Counted from the stretch's first letter, positions 1 through 8,209 are shown. The stretch is 10,017 nucleotides of DNA from Calditrichia bacterium (GCA_037381445.1 JARRQT010000123.1:1-10017), one strand, 5' to 3'. Numbers and translations are program-made. Notes: generated by a model not told the origin, from the sequence alone.

Positions 1-929
1 AGGATGGAAGGCTGCACATTACTGGACTGCACACCGACCTTTCCGAATAATCGGGGGTGGGCGACCGCCAGATAGAGGGCAATATTTCCGCCATTGGATG
101 CACCAATGGTTGCCCGCCAAGAGGGGTCCTTCCGGGTCCGGTAAGCAGAATCGAACCAGGGCAGCAGCTCTTTCACAATAAAATCTTCGAATTGCGGCTG
201 AAGGGCTCCCGCATATTCTCCGCGGCGATTCACCGGCGGTACAAACAGGGCAATAACCGGTCGAATGCGCTTTTTCCAGATCAGATAATCAAGAGTGTTG
301 TCGGCACCCGCCAGAGATATGTAATCCGGGCCGTCATGGAAAAGAACCAGCCCAAAGCTGTCCTGAGAGGTTTGATATTGCGGGGGCAGATAAATCCGAA
401 TGTTGCGGGAATCCCCTAAATATTTACTGTGGAAGAGAGTGTCTGTTATCGTCCCGTGCGGAATATCGGCATAATACGCTGTTGTGGAGGACTGGCGGTA
501 GCCGGGCATGCGCAGTTCCGAATTGGTACCCATTCCACCGGGTATCCTGCGGGGATTCAGGGGATCAAGAATCCAGTATTGACCATTCAGCACAAATTTA
601 TAATCCAGCCTCGCATCCGGCTCAAAGACGCGGGTGCAAAACCATAAATCGGTCCCTTCTATCCGCTTCATGGCAAAACCGGCCGGATCCCAATTATTGG
701 CGTCGCCGGGGATAGTAACAGAAGAGGCGTTCCCCCGAAAAATATAGTGGACTAATGAATCCTGCTCCACATAAGGAAATCCGGGAACGCTGTTCATAAA
801 GCTGTCCACCACCGCGGGGCGGAGCGAATCAGGAAGGGAGTGAACCCGGTCCAGAAAATTTTGGAAATTCCCGGCCTGCAGCGAGCCTGCTATTGCGAAA
901 CAGAAAAGGAAAATTAAGAATTTCTTCAA
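1..929 (-). CDS. Secreted alpha/beta-hydrolase, enterochelin esterase (Fes)-like family, with N-terminal CBM48/E-set-like domain; 3' end outside the window
   Basis: Translated by hand (not in the ORF track). TTG at 929-927 with GGAG at 941-938. The frame is open to base 1: MKKFLIFLFCFAIAGSLQA (signal-peptide-like), then VTIPGDANNWDP...DLW...DARLDYKFVLNG.WILDPLNP, then RNIRIYLPPQY...LVLFHDG, then the nucleophile elbow G-A-S-N-G-G at 104-87. Confidence 0.88.
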   Translation of the reverse strand, partial: MKKFLIFLFCFAIAGSLQAGNFQNFLDRVHSLPDSLRPAVVDSFMNSVPGFPYVEQDSLVHYIFRGNASSVTIPGDANNWDPAGFAMKRIEGTDLWFCTRVFEPDARLDYKFVLNGQYWILDPLNPRRIPGGMGTNSELRMPGYRQSSTTAYYADIPHGTITDTLFHSKYLGDSRNIRIYLPPQYQTSQDSFGLVLFHDGPDYISLAGADNTLDYLIWKKRIRPVIALFVPPVNRRGEYAGALQPQFEDFIVKELLPWFDSAYRTRKDPSWRATIGASNGGNIALYLAVAHPRLFGKVGVQSSNVQPSI

Positions 930-1086
930 GTCGTCTTCTCCGGTGAAAGAATCATAAAACCATACATATTGACAATTCAGCTCTCGCTAAGCTTTCTTTC
1001 GCCAAATCCAACTGTAAAAATAATACATTTGGGGCTTTTGCGGACAGGATAAAAAACTTTCTTTTCGCAATTCTATTTCAAATGGC

Positions 1087-1563
1087 TCACCGGGCTGCTG
1101 TATTTTCGTATACCTCGTCAATGAGCAGGTCTTTCTGCCGCATGGCTTCCACCGCCAGTTTGTCTGCCCGCTCATTCTCCGGATCGCCGGCATGTCCCCG
1201 CACCCACCTGATCTCCACCTGGTGGTATTCACATAATTTCAGCAGCTTGTCCCACAAATCGGGATTGAGCGCCTTCTCCTTTTTATTGCGCATCCAGCCC
1301 TTTTCACGCCAGCGCCGGGCCCAGCCGCGGGTAATACTGTTTACGATATACTGGGAGTCCGTAAAGAGCGTGACGCTGCACTTCTCTTTCAATGTTTCCA
1401 GTCCGGCAATGACAGCCATCAGTTCCATCCGGTTGTTGGTTGTTTTGCGGAATCCTTCCGAGATTTCTCTGCGATTGCCGTTGAATCTCAATATGACCCC
1501 GAATCCACCGATCCCCGGATTTCCGGAGCAGGCACCGTCGGTATAGATGATAACATTCTTCAA
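1087..1563 (-). CDS. rnhA: Ribonuclease HI
   Basis: Motifs IYTDGACSGNPG, TTNNRMEL, TDSQY, NPDLW and WVRGHAGDPENERAD carry the RNase HI acidic catalytic residues and His. The start is most likely TTG at 1563 (AGGA at 1578-1575). The longer ORF-track start at 1680 overlaps the SDR gene. Confidence 0.96.
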   Translation of the reverse strand: MKNVIIYTDGACSGNPGIGGFGVILRFNGNRREISEGFRKTTNNRMELMAVIAGLETLKEKCSVTLFTDSQYIVNSITRGWARRWREKGWMRNKKEKALNPDLWDKLLKLCEYHQVEIRWVRGHAGDPENERADKLAVEAMRQKDLLIDEVYENTAAR

Positions 1564-1610
1564 TTCAAAAAAATTCCTGTTATTTCGATGGGAGTTTAAA
1601 TTTTTGGCTT

Positions 1611-2438
1611 TTATCCTTTTTGAAGCAGATAACGGACAATGTTCATGAGCAGGCCATGGGGTAAAAACCGGGCGAACCAAACACCTATTTTATTCATAAG
1701 GCCGGGAATAATGACGGCTTTCCCTTTTCGCATCCCCCGGTAGCCGGCGCGCGCAACTGTGTAGGCACCCATTGCTTTGAATTTGAGAAGCCTGACCCCC
1801 TCCTGACCGGCCCGCTTCTGGAATTGTGTTGAGGTAGGCCCCGGGCAAAGCACCGATACCGTTACGCCGCTGTTTTTTGTCTCATTGGCAAGCGCTTCGG
1901 ATAAGGATAGTACATATGCTTTGCTGGCATAATAAATCGCCATCAGGGGCCCAGGCTGAAAAGCTGCTGTGGAGGCCACGTTCAGAATACGCCCGCTGCC
2001 GCGGCGCACCATTTCTTTTAAAAATAGTCTGGTGAGAGCCGTCAGGGCAACCACATTAAGCCGGATCATGTTCACTTCTGCATCCGAATCAATATCCCAG
2101 AATTTTCCCATGATACCGTAGCCGGCGTTATTGACCAGCATTTCCACCGGGATGTTTTGCTCCTGCAGTGCGCTGAACAGCCGCCGCGGTGCGGCTTCTT
2201 CCGTCAGATCCATGGCAAATATTCTTACCAGTATGCCGAAATCCGATTCCAGTTCTTCTTTCCGGCGGGACAACAATTCCTCATCCCGCGCAACAAGAAT
2301 AAGGTTATATTCATCGGCAGCGAAGAATTTGCTGATCTCATATCCGATGCCGGTAGTCGCGCCGGTAATGAGGGCGTTCATACCAGTTTGCCATGCTTCG
2401 AGTTCTGTCATTTCCATATTCGGTGATCCGTTCGCCAT
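1611..2438 (-). CDS. Classical short-chain dehydrogenase/reductase (SDR, DltE-like)
   Basis: TGATTGIG (TGxxxGxG), LVAR, NNAG, catalytic Ser in VAST, YYASK (YxxxK) and CPGPT. The start is uncertain: ATG at 2438, 2417, 2411 or 2381. Confidence 0.93.
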   Translation of the reverse strand: MANGSPNMEMTELEAWQTGMNALITGATTGIGYEISKFFAADEYNLILVARDEELLSRRKEELESDFGILVRIFAMDLTEEAAPRRLFSALQEQNIPVEMLVNNAGYGIMGKFWDIDSDAEVNMIRLNVVALTALTRLFLKEMVRRGSGRILNVASTAAFQPGPLMAIYYASKAYVLSLSEALANETKNSGVTVSVLCPGPTSTQFQKRAGQEGVRLLKFKAMGAYTVARAGYRGMRKGKAVIIPGLMNKIGVWFARFLPHGLLMNIVRYLLQKG

Positions 2439-2467
2439 GCATCAGCAGAATGGGAATATCGGCGCAG

Positions 2468-4897
2468 CTATTGTTTGGGAGCCGTCCTCACATGCCTGCG
2501 AATGACTTCTTTCTCCTGTTTCCGGGCTTTTGCAGCTCTTTTCACCGCTGCTGTTTTTTTCTTTTCGCGCAGCGCCACATCAAATACTTCGCTCAATTTT
2601 TCAACGAAAACGAATTTCAGTTTTTTTCGCAGATTTTCCGGCACTTCCTGCAGATCCTTTTCATTACGCCGCGGGATGATGACCAGTTTTATTCCGGCCC
2701 GCAGCGCGGCCAGTACTTTTTCTTTGATTCCGCCCACCGGCAGAACCCTTCCGCGGAGGGAAATCTCTCCGGTCATCGCCACATCATGCCGCACCGGACG
2801 GCAGCTTAAAAGGGAAAGGAGGGACGTGGCGATGGTAACACCCGCCGAGGGCCCGTCTTTGGGGACAGCCCCGGAGGGCACATGAATATGGACATCATTG
2901 TTCTGGAAGAAATCGGGATCGATATCATACTTTACGGCATGGGTGCGGATATAGCTGAGGGCCGCTTGCGCCGATTCCCGCATCACTTCGCCCAATTGAC
3001 CGGTGAGGGTCAGGTTTTTGCCCCCTTTCATCACCGTTGATTCGATAAATAAAATTTCGCCGCCAACAGGCGTCCAGGCCAGCCCGGTCGCAATCCCAAT
3101 CTCATCCTGCATGCCGGCCAATTCGGTGAAATTTTTAGGCGGTCCCAGATATGCCGGTACCTCGCCGGCTTCGATAACCACCGGGTCCTGCCGCCCCTCC
3201 GCATAGCGCCGGGCGACTTTCCGGCAAATCCGCGCAATTTCCCGTTCCAAGTTGCGAACCCCGGCTTCATCGGTATAGTCGGTAATGATCCTTTCTATCG
3301 CATCGATCCTGAATTTGAGATAACTCCGTTTCAGCCCATTTTCATCAATCTGTCGCGGGACCAGATATTTCCGGGCAATTTTGATTTTCTCCTCCGTGAT
3401 ATATCCCGGGATTTCGATGACCTCCATGCGGTCCCGCAGCGCCGGCGGAATATCATAGAGAAGATTGGCGGTGGTAATGAACATCACCCGCGACAAATCG
3501 AATTTTACATCCAGATAATGGTCCACAAAATCCTTGTTCTGCTGGGGATCGAGCGCTTCCAGCAATGCCGATGCGGGATCGCCCCGGAAATCAGAGCCTA
3601 TCTTGTCGATTTCATCCAGCATAAACACCGGATTGTTGGTGCCCGCTTCCTTTATCATCTGCAGGATGCGTCCCGGCAGGGCCCCGATATAGGTGCGGCG
3701 GTGCCCCCGAATTTCTGCTTCATCATGGATTCCCCCCACACTGAACCGGACAAATTTCCGCCCCATGGCCCGGGCAATGGAGCGTCCCAGACTGGTCTTT
3801 CCGACCCCGGGAGGCCCGGCAAAACACAAAATGGGACCCTTGGCCTGCTTTCTCAGTTTGCGAATGGCCAGAAATTCCAGGATGCGGTCCTTCACATCCT
3901 CGAGATCGTAATGGTCCTCTTCCAAGATTTTGCGGGCGTTCTCCAGATCCATATTATCCCTGGTCTCCTTGCTCCAGGGAAGGGCAATCAGCCAGTCGAT
4001 ATAGGTCCGGGAGATCGTATACTCGGCTGCCACCGGCGACATGTCCACCAGACGTTCAAGCTCCTTGAGGGCAACTTCTTCAATATCTTTGGGCATTTTC
4101 GCTTTTTTTATCTGCTTGCGCAAATCTTCCATCTCGGCTTCCCACTCATCTTCCTCCTCTTCCTCCTGCTCGCCGAGCTCTTCCTTTATGGCTTTCAACT
4201 GCTCCCGCAGGATATACTCGCGCTGGGTGCGGTCAATATCGGTGTTGACCTTGCTCTGGATTTCCCCGGTGATTTCCACGACCTTCCATTCGCGGTTCAG
4301 CACTTCCAGAATCCGGCTCAGTCTCTTATCCAGCACGGTTTCTTCCAGAAGCTCCTGTCGTTCAGCGCCGCTGATTTCCAGATTCGCGGAAAGAAGATCC
4401 GCAAACTTTTCCATCTGGTCCTGGTGAAATAATGGCTGCAGAAAATCCTCCGGGATCAGGGGAGAGCGCGTGACCAATTTTTCCAGCAGGTCCTTTATGG
4501 CCCGCACCTCGGCTTCGCACCGCACACTGTCCTTGATTATTGTAGCGACCGGAACTGTCTCCGCGATATAGTAAGGTGATTCCTGAATGATCCGGCTGAT
4601 CTTCACCCGTTCGATACCCTGAATCAGCAGGCGCGTTGCACCATCGGGCATCTGATGCATCTTTAAAATAGTGGCCCGCGTGCCGATTTTGTATATCTGC
4701 CCGCCGTCCTCCTGGCGGTGAACTTCGGTGAAAATGCCTATGTCCTGGTGATTGACCAGAACCTCGTTCACCATCTCCGCCATTTCACTGTCTTCAACAA
4801 CCAGCGGAAAAATGACAAAGGGGAAAACCACCAGATTTTTGATCGGCAAAATGTAAAGGTTGTTTTTTAAATTGTTCTCGGGAATATCTTTTGACAT
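2468..4897 (-). CDS. lon: ATP-dependent protease La (LonA)
   Basis: 809 aa. Lon N-domain ([10 protein letters not shown]), Walker [21 protein letters not shown], Walker B MLDEIDK, catalytic PKDGPSAG (Ser) and GGIKEK (Lys). SD GGAG lies 6 nt before the ATG. Confidence 0.98.
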   Translation of the reverse strand: MSKDIPENNLKNNLYILPIKNLVVFPFVIFPLVVEDSEMAEMVNEVLVNHQDIGIFTEVHRQEDGGQIYKIGTRATILKMHQMPDGATRLLIQGIERVKISRIIQESPYYIAETVPVATIIKDSVRCEAEVRAIKDLLEKLVTRSPLIPEDFLQPLFHQDQMEKFADLLSANLEISGAERQELLEETVLDKRLSRILEVLNREWKVVEITGEIQSKVNTDIDRTQREYILREQLKAIKEELGEQEEEEEDEWEAEMEDLRKQIKKAKMPKDIEEVALKELERLVDMSPVAAEYTISRTYIDWLIALPWSKETRDNMDLENARKILEEDHYDLEDVKDRILEFLAIRKLRKQAKGPILCFAGPPGVGKTSLGRSIARAMGRKFVRFSVGGIHDEAEIRGHRRTYIGALPGRILQMIKEAGTNNPVFMLDEIDKIGSDFRGDPASALLEALDPQQNKDFVDHYLDVKFDLSRVMFITTANLLYDIPPALRDRMEVIEIPGYITEEKIKIARKYLVPRQIDENGLKRSYLKFRIDAIERIITDYTDEAGVRNLEREIARICRKVARRYAEGRQDPVVIEAGEVPAYLGPPKNFTELAGMQDEIGIATGLAWTPVGGEILFIESTVMKGGKNLTLTGQLGEVMRESAQAALSYIRTHAVKYDIDPDFFQNNDVHIHVPSGAVPKDGPSAGVTIATSLLSLLSCRPVRHDVAMTGEISLRGRVLPVGGIKEKVLAALRAGIKLVIIPRRNEKDLQEVPENLRKKLKFVFVEKLSEVFDVALREKKKTAAVKRAAKARKQEKEVIRRHVRTAPKQ

Positions 4898-4956
4898 CCT
4901 GTTCTCCGTAAACCACTTGTTTCTTTGCGATTAACTGTTTTTAGAATTTAATTGAT

Positions 4957-5454
4957 TCAATTACCTGACCGTGAATCCCTATCCACGGGTCCATCCAGCA
5001 CATTCACGGGCACCTCTATTCCGGCAGAACTGCCCTGCCCCGGATTTATGGGCAAAATGACTGAAAGCAATCCGTTCTGATAATTGGCGGTAATTTCTTC
5101 ATGCCGGATCCGCGTATTCATTTTGATCTTTATCGAAAATTTGCCATAGTCGATCTCCTTCTTGTAAAATTTCATGATTTTCGCACTGCTCATCACCGAA
5201 GGCTCCGGGCGGTGCCCTTCAATCATCAGGTAACCCTCCGAGTAGGTAACCCTGAAATTCTCACCCTGCAGATGCGCGATTTCCATCATCACGCGAATTT
5301 CCTGATCAGTTTCCCACACATCGGTGGGAGGTGAAAACGCCAGATCGGAAATAAACAGGATGGGACGTTTCCCTTTGCCCACATTAATGTCCGGCAGCCC
5401 TGCGGCTTCGCCGATCTTGAATTCCCTGGTAATTTTACGCTTCACATCATTCAT
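4957..5454 (-). CDS. Small heat-shock protein, Hsp20/alpha-crystallin family
   Basis: PPTDVWETDQEIRVMMEIA, LMIEGHR, KEIDYGKF, ITANYQNGLLSVILP and a C-terminal IEVPV (IXI/V-like). SD GAGGT lies 5 nt before the ATG. Confidence 0.9.
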   Translation of the reverse strand: MNDVKRKITREFKIGEAAGLPDINVGKGKRPILFISDLAFSPPTDVWETDQEIRVMMEIAHLQGENFRVTYSEGYLMIEGHRPEPSVMSSAKIMKFYKKEIDYGKFSIKIKMNTRIRHEEITANYQNGLLSVILPINPGQGSSAGIEVPVNVLDGPVDRDSRSGN

Positions 5455-5523
5455 AAAAGACCTCTGATATTATCTTTCATTAATTTTGAAGGAATAAAAT
5501 TTCTCACATCCGCCCGATATATT

Positions 5524-6297
5524 TCATGGTTTTTGCCTCGCCTCCGCTATTTGCCTCAACATCAAGCCGGCCGTAAATCCGGCACCAAAACCGTTATCGA
5601 TATTCACCACTACCACATTGCTGGAGCAGCTGTTCAGCATGCCGAAAAGGGCGGTCAATCCGCCAAAACTGGTTCCGTATCCCACCGAAGTGGGAACGGC
5701 AATAACCGGTTTGTCCACCAGCCCGCCGATAACGCTGGGCAGCGCGCCTTCCATCCCGGCAATCACAATCACGACTTTCGCCACCCGGACAGATTCCCAG
5801 TGATGATTCAAACGGTGCAGACCGGCCACGCCCACATCAAACACGCGGGCCGGGCGGAACCCGAACAGGCTGCAGGTCACCGCGGCTTCTTCCGCCACCG
5901 GGACATCGGAGGTGCCGGCGGTGATGACTGCGATGTGCCCTTCGCTGCCGGGAAAGGCATCGGGAAAGGGAGAATGAATGCAGCGGCCCGCGGCATTATA
6001 TTCCAGATTCGGCAGACTCCTTCCTATAACTTCATAAACCTCCGGGGTCGCACGGGTTGCCAGCAGCTTGCCGTGATGCTCGTATATCTTTTCGGCAATC
6101 CTTAATATATGGTCCGTTGATTTCCCCTCACAAAAGATGACCTCGGGAAATCCCTGCCGCAACTCGCGATGGTGATCGATGTTGGCAAATTCCATGGAGT
6201 GGATTACGGAGGACTTCAGCACCTCCATGATTTCCTTCTCGCCGATTTGCCCGTTTTTAAATTGCGCCAGGAGTTTTTGTAATTCCGTTTGATTCAA
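5524..6297 (-). CDS. larB: Nickel-pincer cofactor biosynthesis protein LarB (PurE-like, CpmA family)
   Basis: DHHRELRQGFPEVIFCEGK, TAGTSDVPVAEEA, DVGVAGLHRL, AGMEGALPSV, AVPTSVGYG and LNSC...VVNIDNGFGA. TTG start preceded by AAGGAAG. Confidence 0.94.
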   Translation of the reverse strand: MNQTELQKLLAQFKNGQIGEKEIMEVLKSSVIHSMEFANIDHHRELRQGFPEVIFCEGKSTDHILRIAEKIYEHHGKLLATRATPEVYEVIGRSLPNLEYNAAGRCIHSPFPDAFPGSEGHIAVITAGTSDVPVAEEAAVTCSLFGFRPARVFDVGVAGLHRLNHHWESVRVAKVVIVIAGMEGALPSVIGGLVDKPVIAVPTSVGYGTSFGGLTALFGMLNSCSSNVVVVNIDNGFGAGFTAGLMLRQIAEARQKP

Positions 6298-6395
6298 CAG
6301 GACTTCCTTTCATCAATCAATCGATTAATACAGTATGATCCGGCGGTTTCACCTTAATTTCCGGACCTTTATACAAGCGTAATTGACAACTGAAT

Positions 6396-7379
6396 TTATG
6401 AGAAAATTTCTTTATGTTCAAATCTTTTCCGGTATTCCGAAAAAATTGTCCGGACTTCGCCGATATTCCCCGCCCGAAAAATTGAGTTCCGCAGTTTGGC
6501 GGTGTGGGGAAGTCCATGGGTATACCACGCAAAATGCTTCTTCATCCGAGAGAGCGCCACAAATTCCTCAAATTCCTGCATTTCCATGTCGTAATGCCGC
6601 TCCATCAATTGAAGGCGCTCCTCCAGCGACGGCGGTTCGGGACTCTTGCCGGTCCTGAGATATTCCAGGATGGAGCGAAAAATCCAGGGTCTGCCCAGTG
6701 CTCCGCGAGCGATCATGACGCCGTCTGCGCCGGTGGTTTCGAACATCTCCAGCGCGGAGGGACCATCGACAACGTCCCCGTTACCGATCACCGGTATGCG
6801 CAGCGCTTGCTTCACTTTGGCGATGTACTCCCAGTTGGCCCGGCCTGAATATCCCTGGCTGCGGGTCCTGGCGTGCACCGTCAGCGCATCCGCTCCGCCC
6901 GCTTCCACGGCCCGGGCCGCTTCCACCGCCACAATAGAATTCATATCCCAGCCGATGCGTATCTTTGCGCTCACCGGGATGCCGGTGGATGCTTTGACCG
7001 ATTCCACAATTTTCCGCATCAGGTTGAGGTCTTTCAGAAGCGCCGAGCCGGCCCCTTTGGCAACTACTTTGCGCACCGGACACCCGAAATTAATATCGAT
7101 GATATCTGGCTTGAAAGATTCGGCCTGCGGAATGATCCTTTTAAACATATCGGGATCACTCCCGAAAAATTGAAATCCCACCGGTTTCTCACGGGGATAA
7201 ATCCGGAGCAGTTTTTGGGTGGCCTCATTCTGATAAACCAGACCGTCAATGCTGACCATTTCGGTGAAGGTCAGATCGGCGCCGAAATCCCGGTTTAGCT
7301 GCCGGAAGGGATAGTCGGAGATCCCGGCCAGCGGCGCCAGAACCAGATTATGCGCCGTTACCAGATTTCCGATTTTCAA
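6396..7379 (-). CDS. dusB: tRNA-dihydrouridine synthase, DusB type
   Basis: LAPLAG, TEMVS, IDINFGCP (catalytic Cys), GAGSALL, VSAKIRIG, TVHARTR, NGDV, GVMIARG and KKHFAWY. The frame stays open to 7460. The start is uncertain: TTG 7379 (MKIGNL), ATA 7403, ATG 7448 or TTG 7460. Confidence 0.93.
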   Translation of the reverse strand: MKIGNLVTAHNLVLAPLAGISDYPFRQLNRDFGADLTFTEMVSIDGLVYQNEATQKLLRIYPREKPVGFQFFGSDPDMFKRIIPQAESFKPDIIDINFGCPVRKVVAKGAGSALLKDLNLMRKIVESVKASTGIPVSAKIRIGWDMNSIVAVEAARAVEAGGADALTVHARTRSQGYSGRANWEYIAKVKQALRIPVIGNGDVVDGPSALEMFETTGADGVMIARGALGRPWIFRSILEYLRTGKSPEPPSLEERLQLMERHYDMEMQEFEEFVALSRMKKHFAWYTHGLPHTAKLRNSIFRAGNIGEVRTIFSEYRKRFEHKEIFS

Positions 7380-7726
7380 AGGCTTTATATAAATTGTTTC
7401 TATTTCATTCTCCGCATATTTTGCGATTCCAAATTTAAGGCTCCGCATTGGAATTTGCAAACCATTAGAGGCCGGACCTGCAATTGCTCCTTCGCAATGC
7501 CTCCGGCAAAAGCTTTAATAAAAAATCACTCTAAAAGTTTGATGGTTTTAAAAATTTTTCAGGGCGGCGGTAACTGCCGCCATTTCCAAAAGATCATGCA
7601 GTCCCGGGCATCGGCTGTTTTTTATATCCGTGGTTCCAGAGCTATCAATGGATATTTAAGGCTGGTAAATCGTAACATTAAATATTAACTCAGCTAAAAT
7701 TTTACAAAACGGAGAGGAGAGCAAAG
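7380..7726. promoter_or_regulatory. Divergent promoter/leader region between dusB and the CBS gene
   Basis: AT-rich spacer between divergent genes with several inverted repeats. Exact -35/-10 elements could not be assigned. Confidence 0.55.
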
Positions 7727-8158
7727 GTGAAAGTGAGGGATTTGATCAAGAAGAAGGGATCAGAAGTATTTACCACCTCGGAGGACATCCCGGTCCCCGA
7801 GGCCATAAATTCCCTGAACACCCATAATGTGGGAGCGCTGCTGGTGATGAAAGATGAGATCCCGGTCGGCATCATCACCGAGCGCGATATATTGCATGCC
7901 GTTGGAAATCACGGGGCCGATTTGAAGAAGATGACGGTGAAGGATCTGATGACGCCCAATCTGCTGACCTGTTCCCCCGGCGATTTTCTGGACGATATCA
8001 TGCAAACCATGACCGACAAGCGAATCAGGCACCTGCCGGTGGTGGAAAACAACAAACTGGAAGCGATGATCTCGATCGGCGACGTGGTGAAAGCGCTGCT
8101 GGAACAGACCAGTGCGGAATCCGAAAATCTGAGGGATTATATTCACGGCCGCAGATAA
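7727..8158 (+). CDS. Stand-alone CBS-domain pair (Bateman module) protein
   Basis: 143 aa. HNVGALLV, GIITERDI, VKDLMT, RIRHLPVV and ISIGDVVK. Strong SD GGAGAGGAG before a GTG start. Confidence 0.94.
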   Translation: MKVRDLIKKKGSEVFTTSEDIPVPEAINSLNTHNVGALLVMKDEIPVGIITERDILHAVGNHGADLKKMTVKDLMTPNLLTCSPGDFLDDIMQTMTDKRIRHLPVVENNKLEAMISIGDVVKALLEQTSAESENLRDYIHGRR

Positions 8159-8199
8159 AAAAGGCCGGAAACAATGCCCGGCCTCTGTTTCATTTTTTT
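8157..8199. terminator. Intrinsic terminator between convergent genes, probably bidirectional
   Basis: Stem AGGCCGG (8162-8168) / CCGGCCT (8178-8184) with a 9-nt loop. An A-run on the left gives a U-tract on the - strand, which is the better fit. The T-rich ctgtttcattttttt lies on the right. Confidence 0.8.
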
Positions 8200-8209
8200 G
8201 AATGACTGC

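Noticed and set aside
57..715. Three + strand ORFs (57-419, 429-647, 482-715)
   Set aside because: They are antisense to the esterase gene, which has an SD, a signal peptide and family motifs.
926..967. Short upstream ORF MYGFMILSPEKTT whose TGA overlaps the esterase TTG
   Set aside because: It has no SD and no leader-peptide composition, and the esterase has its own SD.
1564..1680. 39-aa N-terminal extension of RNase HI shown in the ORF track
   Set aside because: It overlaps the SDR 3' end and crosses an AT-rich spacer. TTG 1563 with an SD gives a normal-length RNase HI.
3518..4432. 304-aa + strand ORF
   Set aside because: It lies entirely antisense to the conserved lon core and has no recognisable motifs, so it is a typical shadow ORF.
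968..6389. ATTGACAA in two spacers (968-975 and 6382-6389), containing a perfect -35 TTGACA on the + strand
   Set aside because: There is no convincing -10 at 16-18 nt spacing, it points antisense to the genes, and two copies in AT-rich DNA are weak evidence.
7472..7481. CAGGUCCGG on the - strand, like the SRP RNA core
   Set aside because: It is not followed by AAGGAAGCAG, and there is no long SRP-type hairpin.
7457..7507. Resemblance to the c-di-GMP-I riboswitch (GCAAACCAUU ... CGCAAUGCCUCCGGC)
   Set aside because: The GNRA-capped hairpin and the GGGAC before GCAAA are absent, the spacing is too long, and I find no matching 3' strand. An Rfam RF01051 scan would settle it.
7350..7688. 112-aa + strand ORF across the dusB-CBS spacer
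   Set aside because: It overlaps dusB antisense, has no SD and no recognisable domain, and runs through AT-rich spacer-like sequence.
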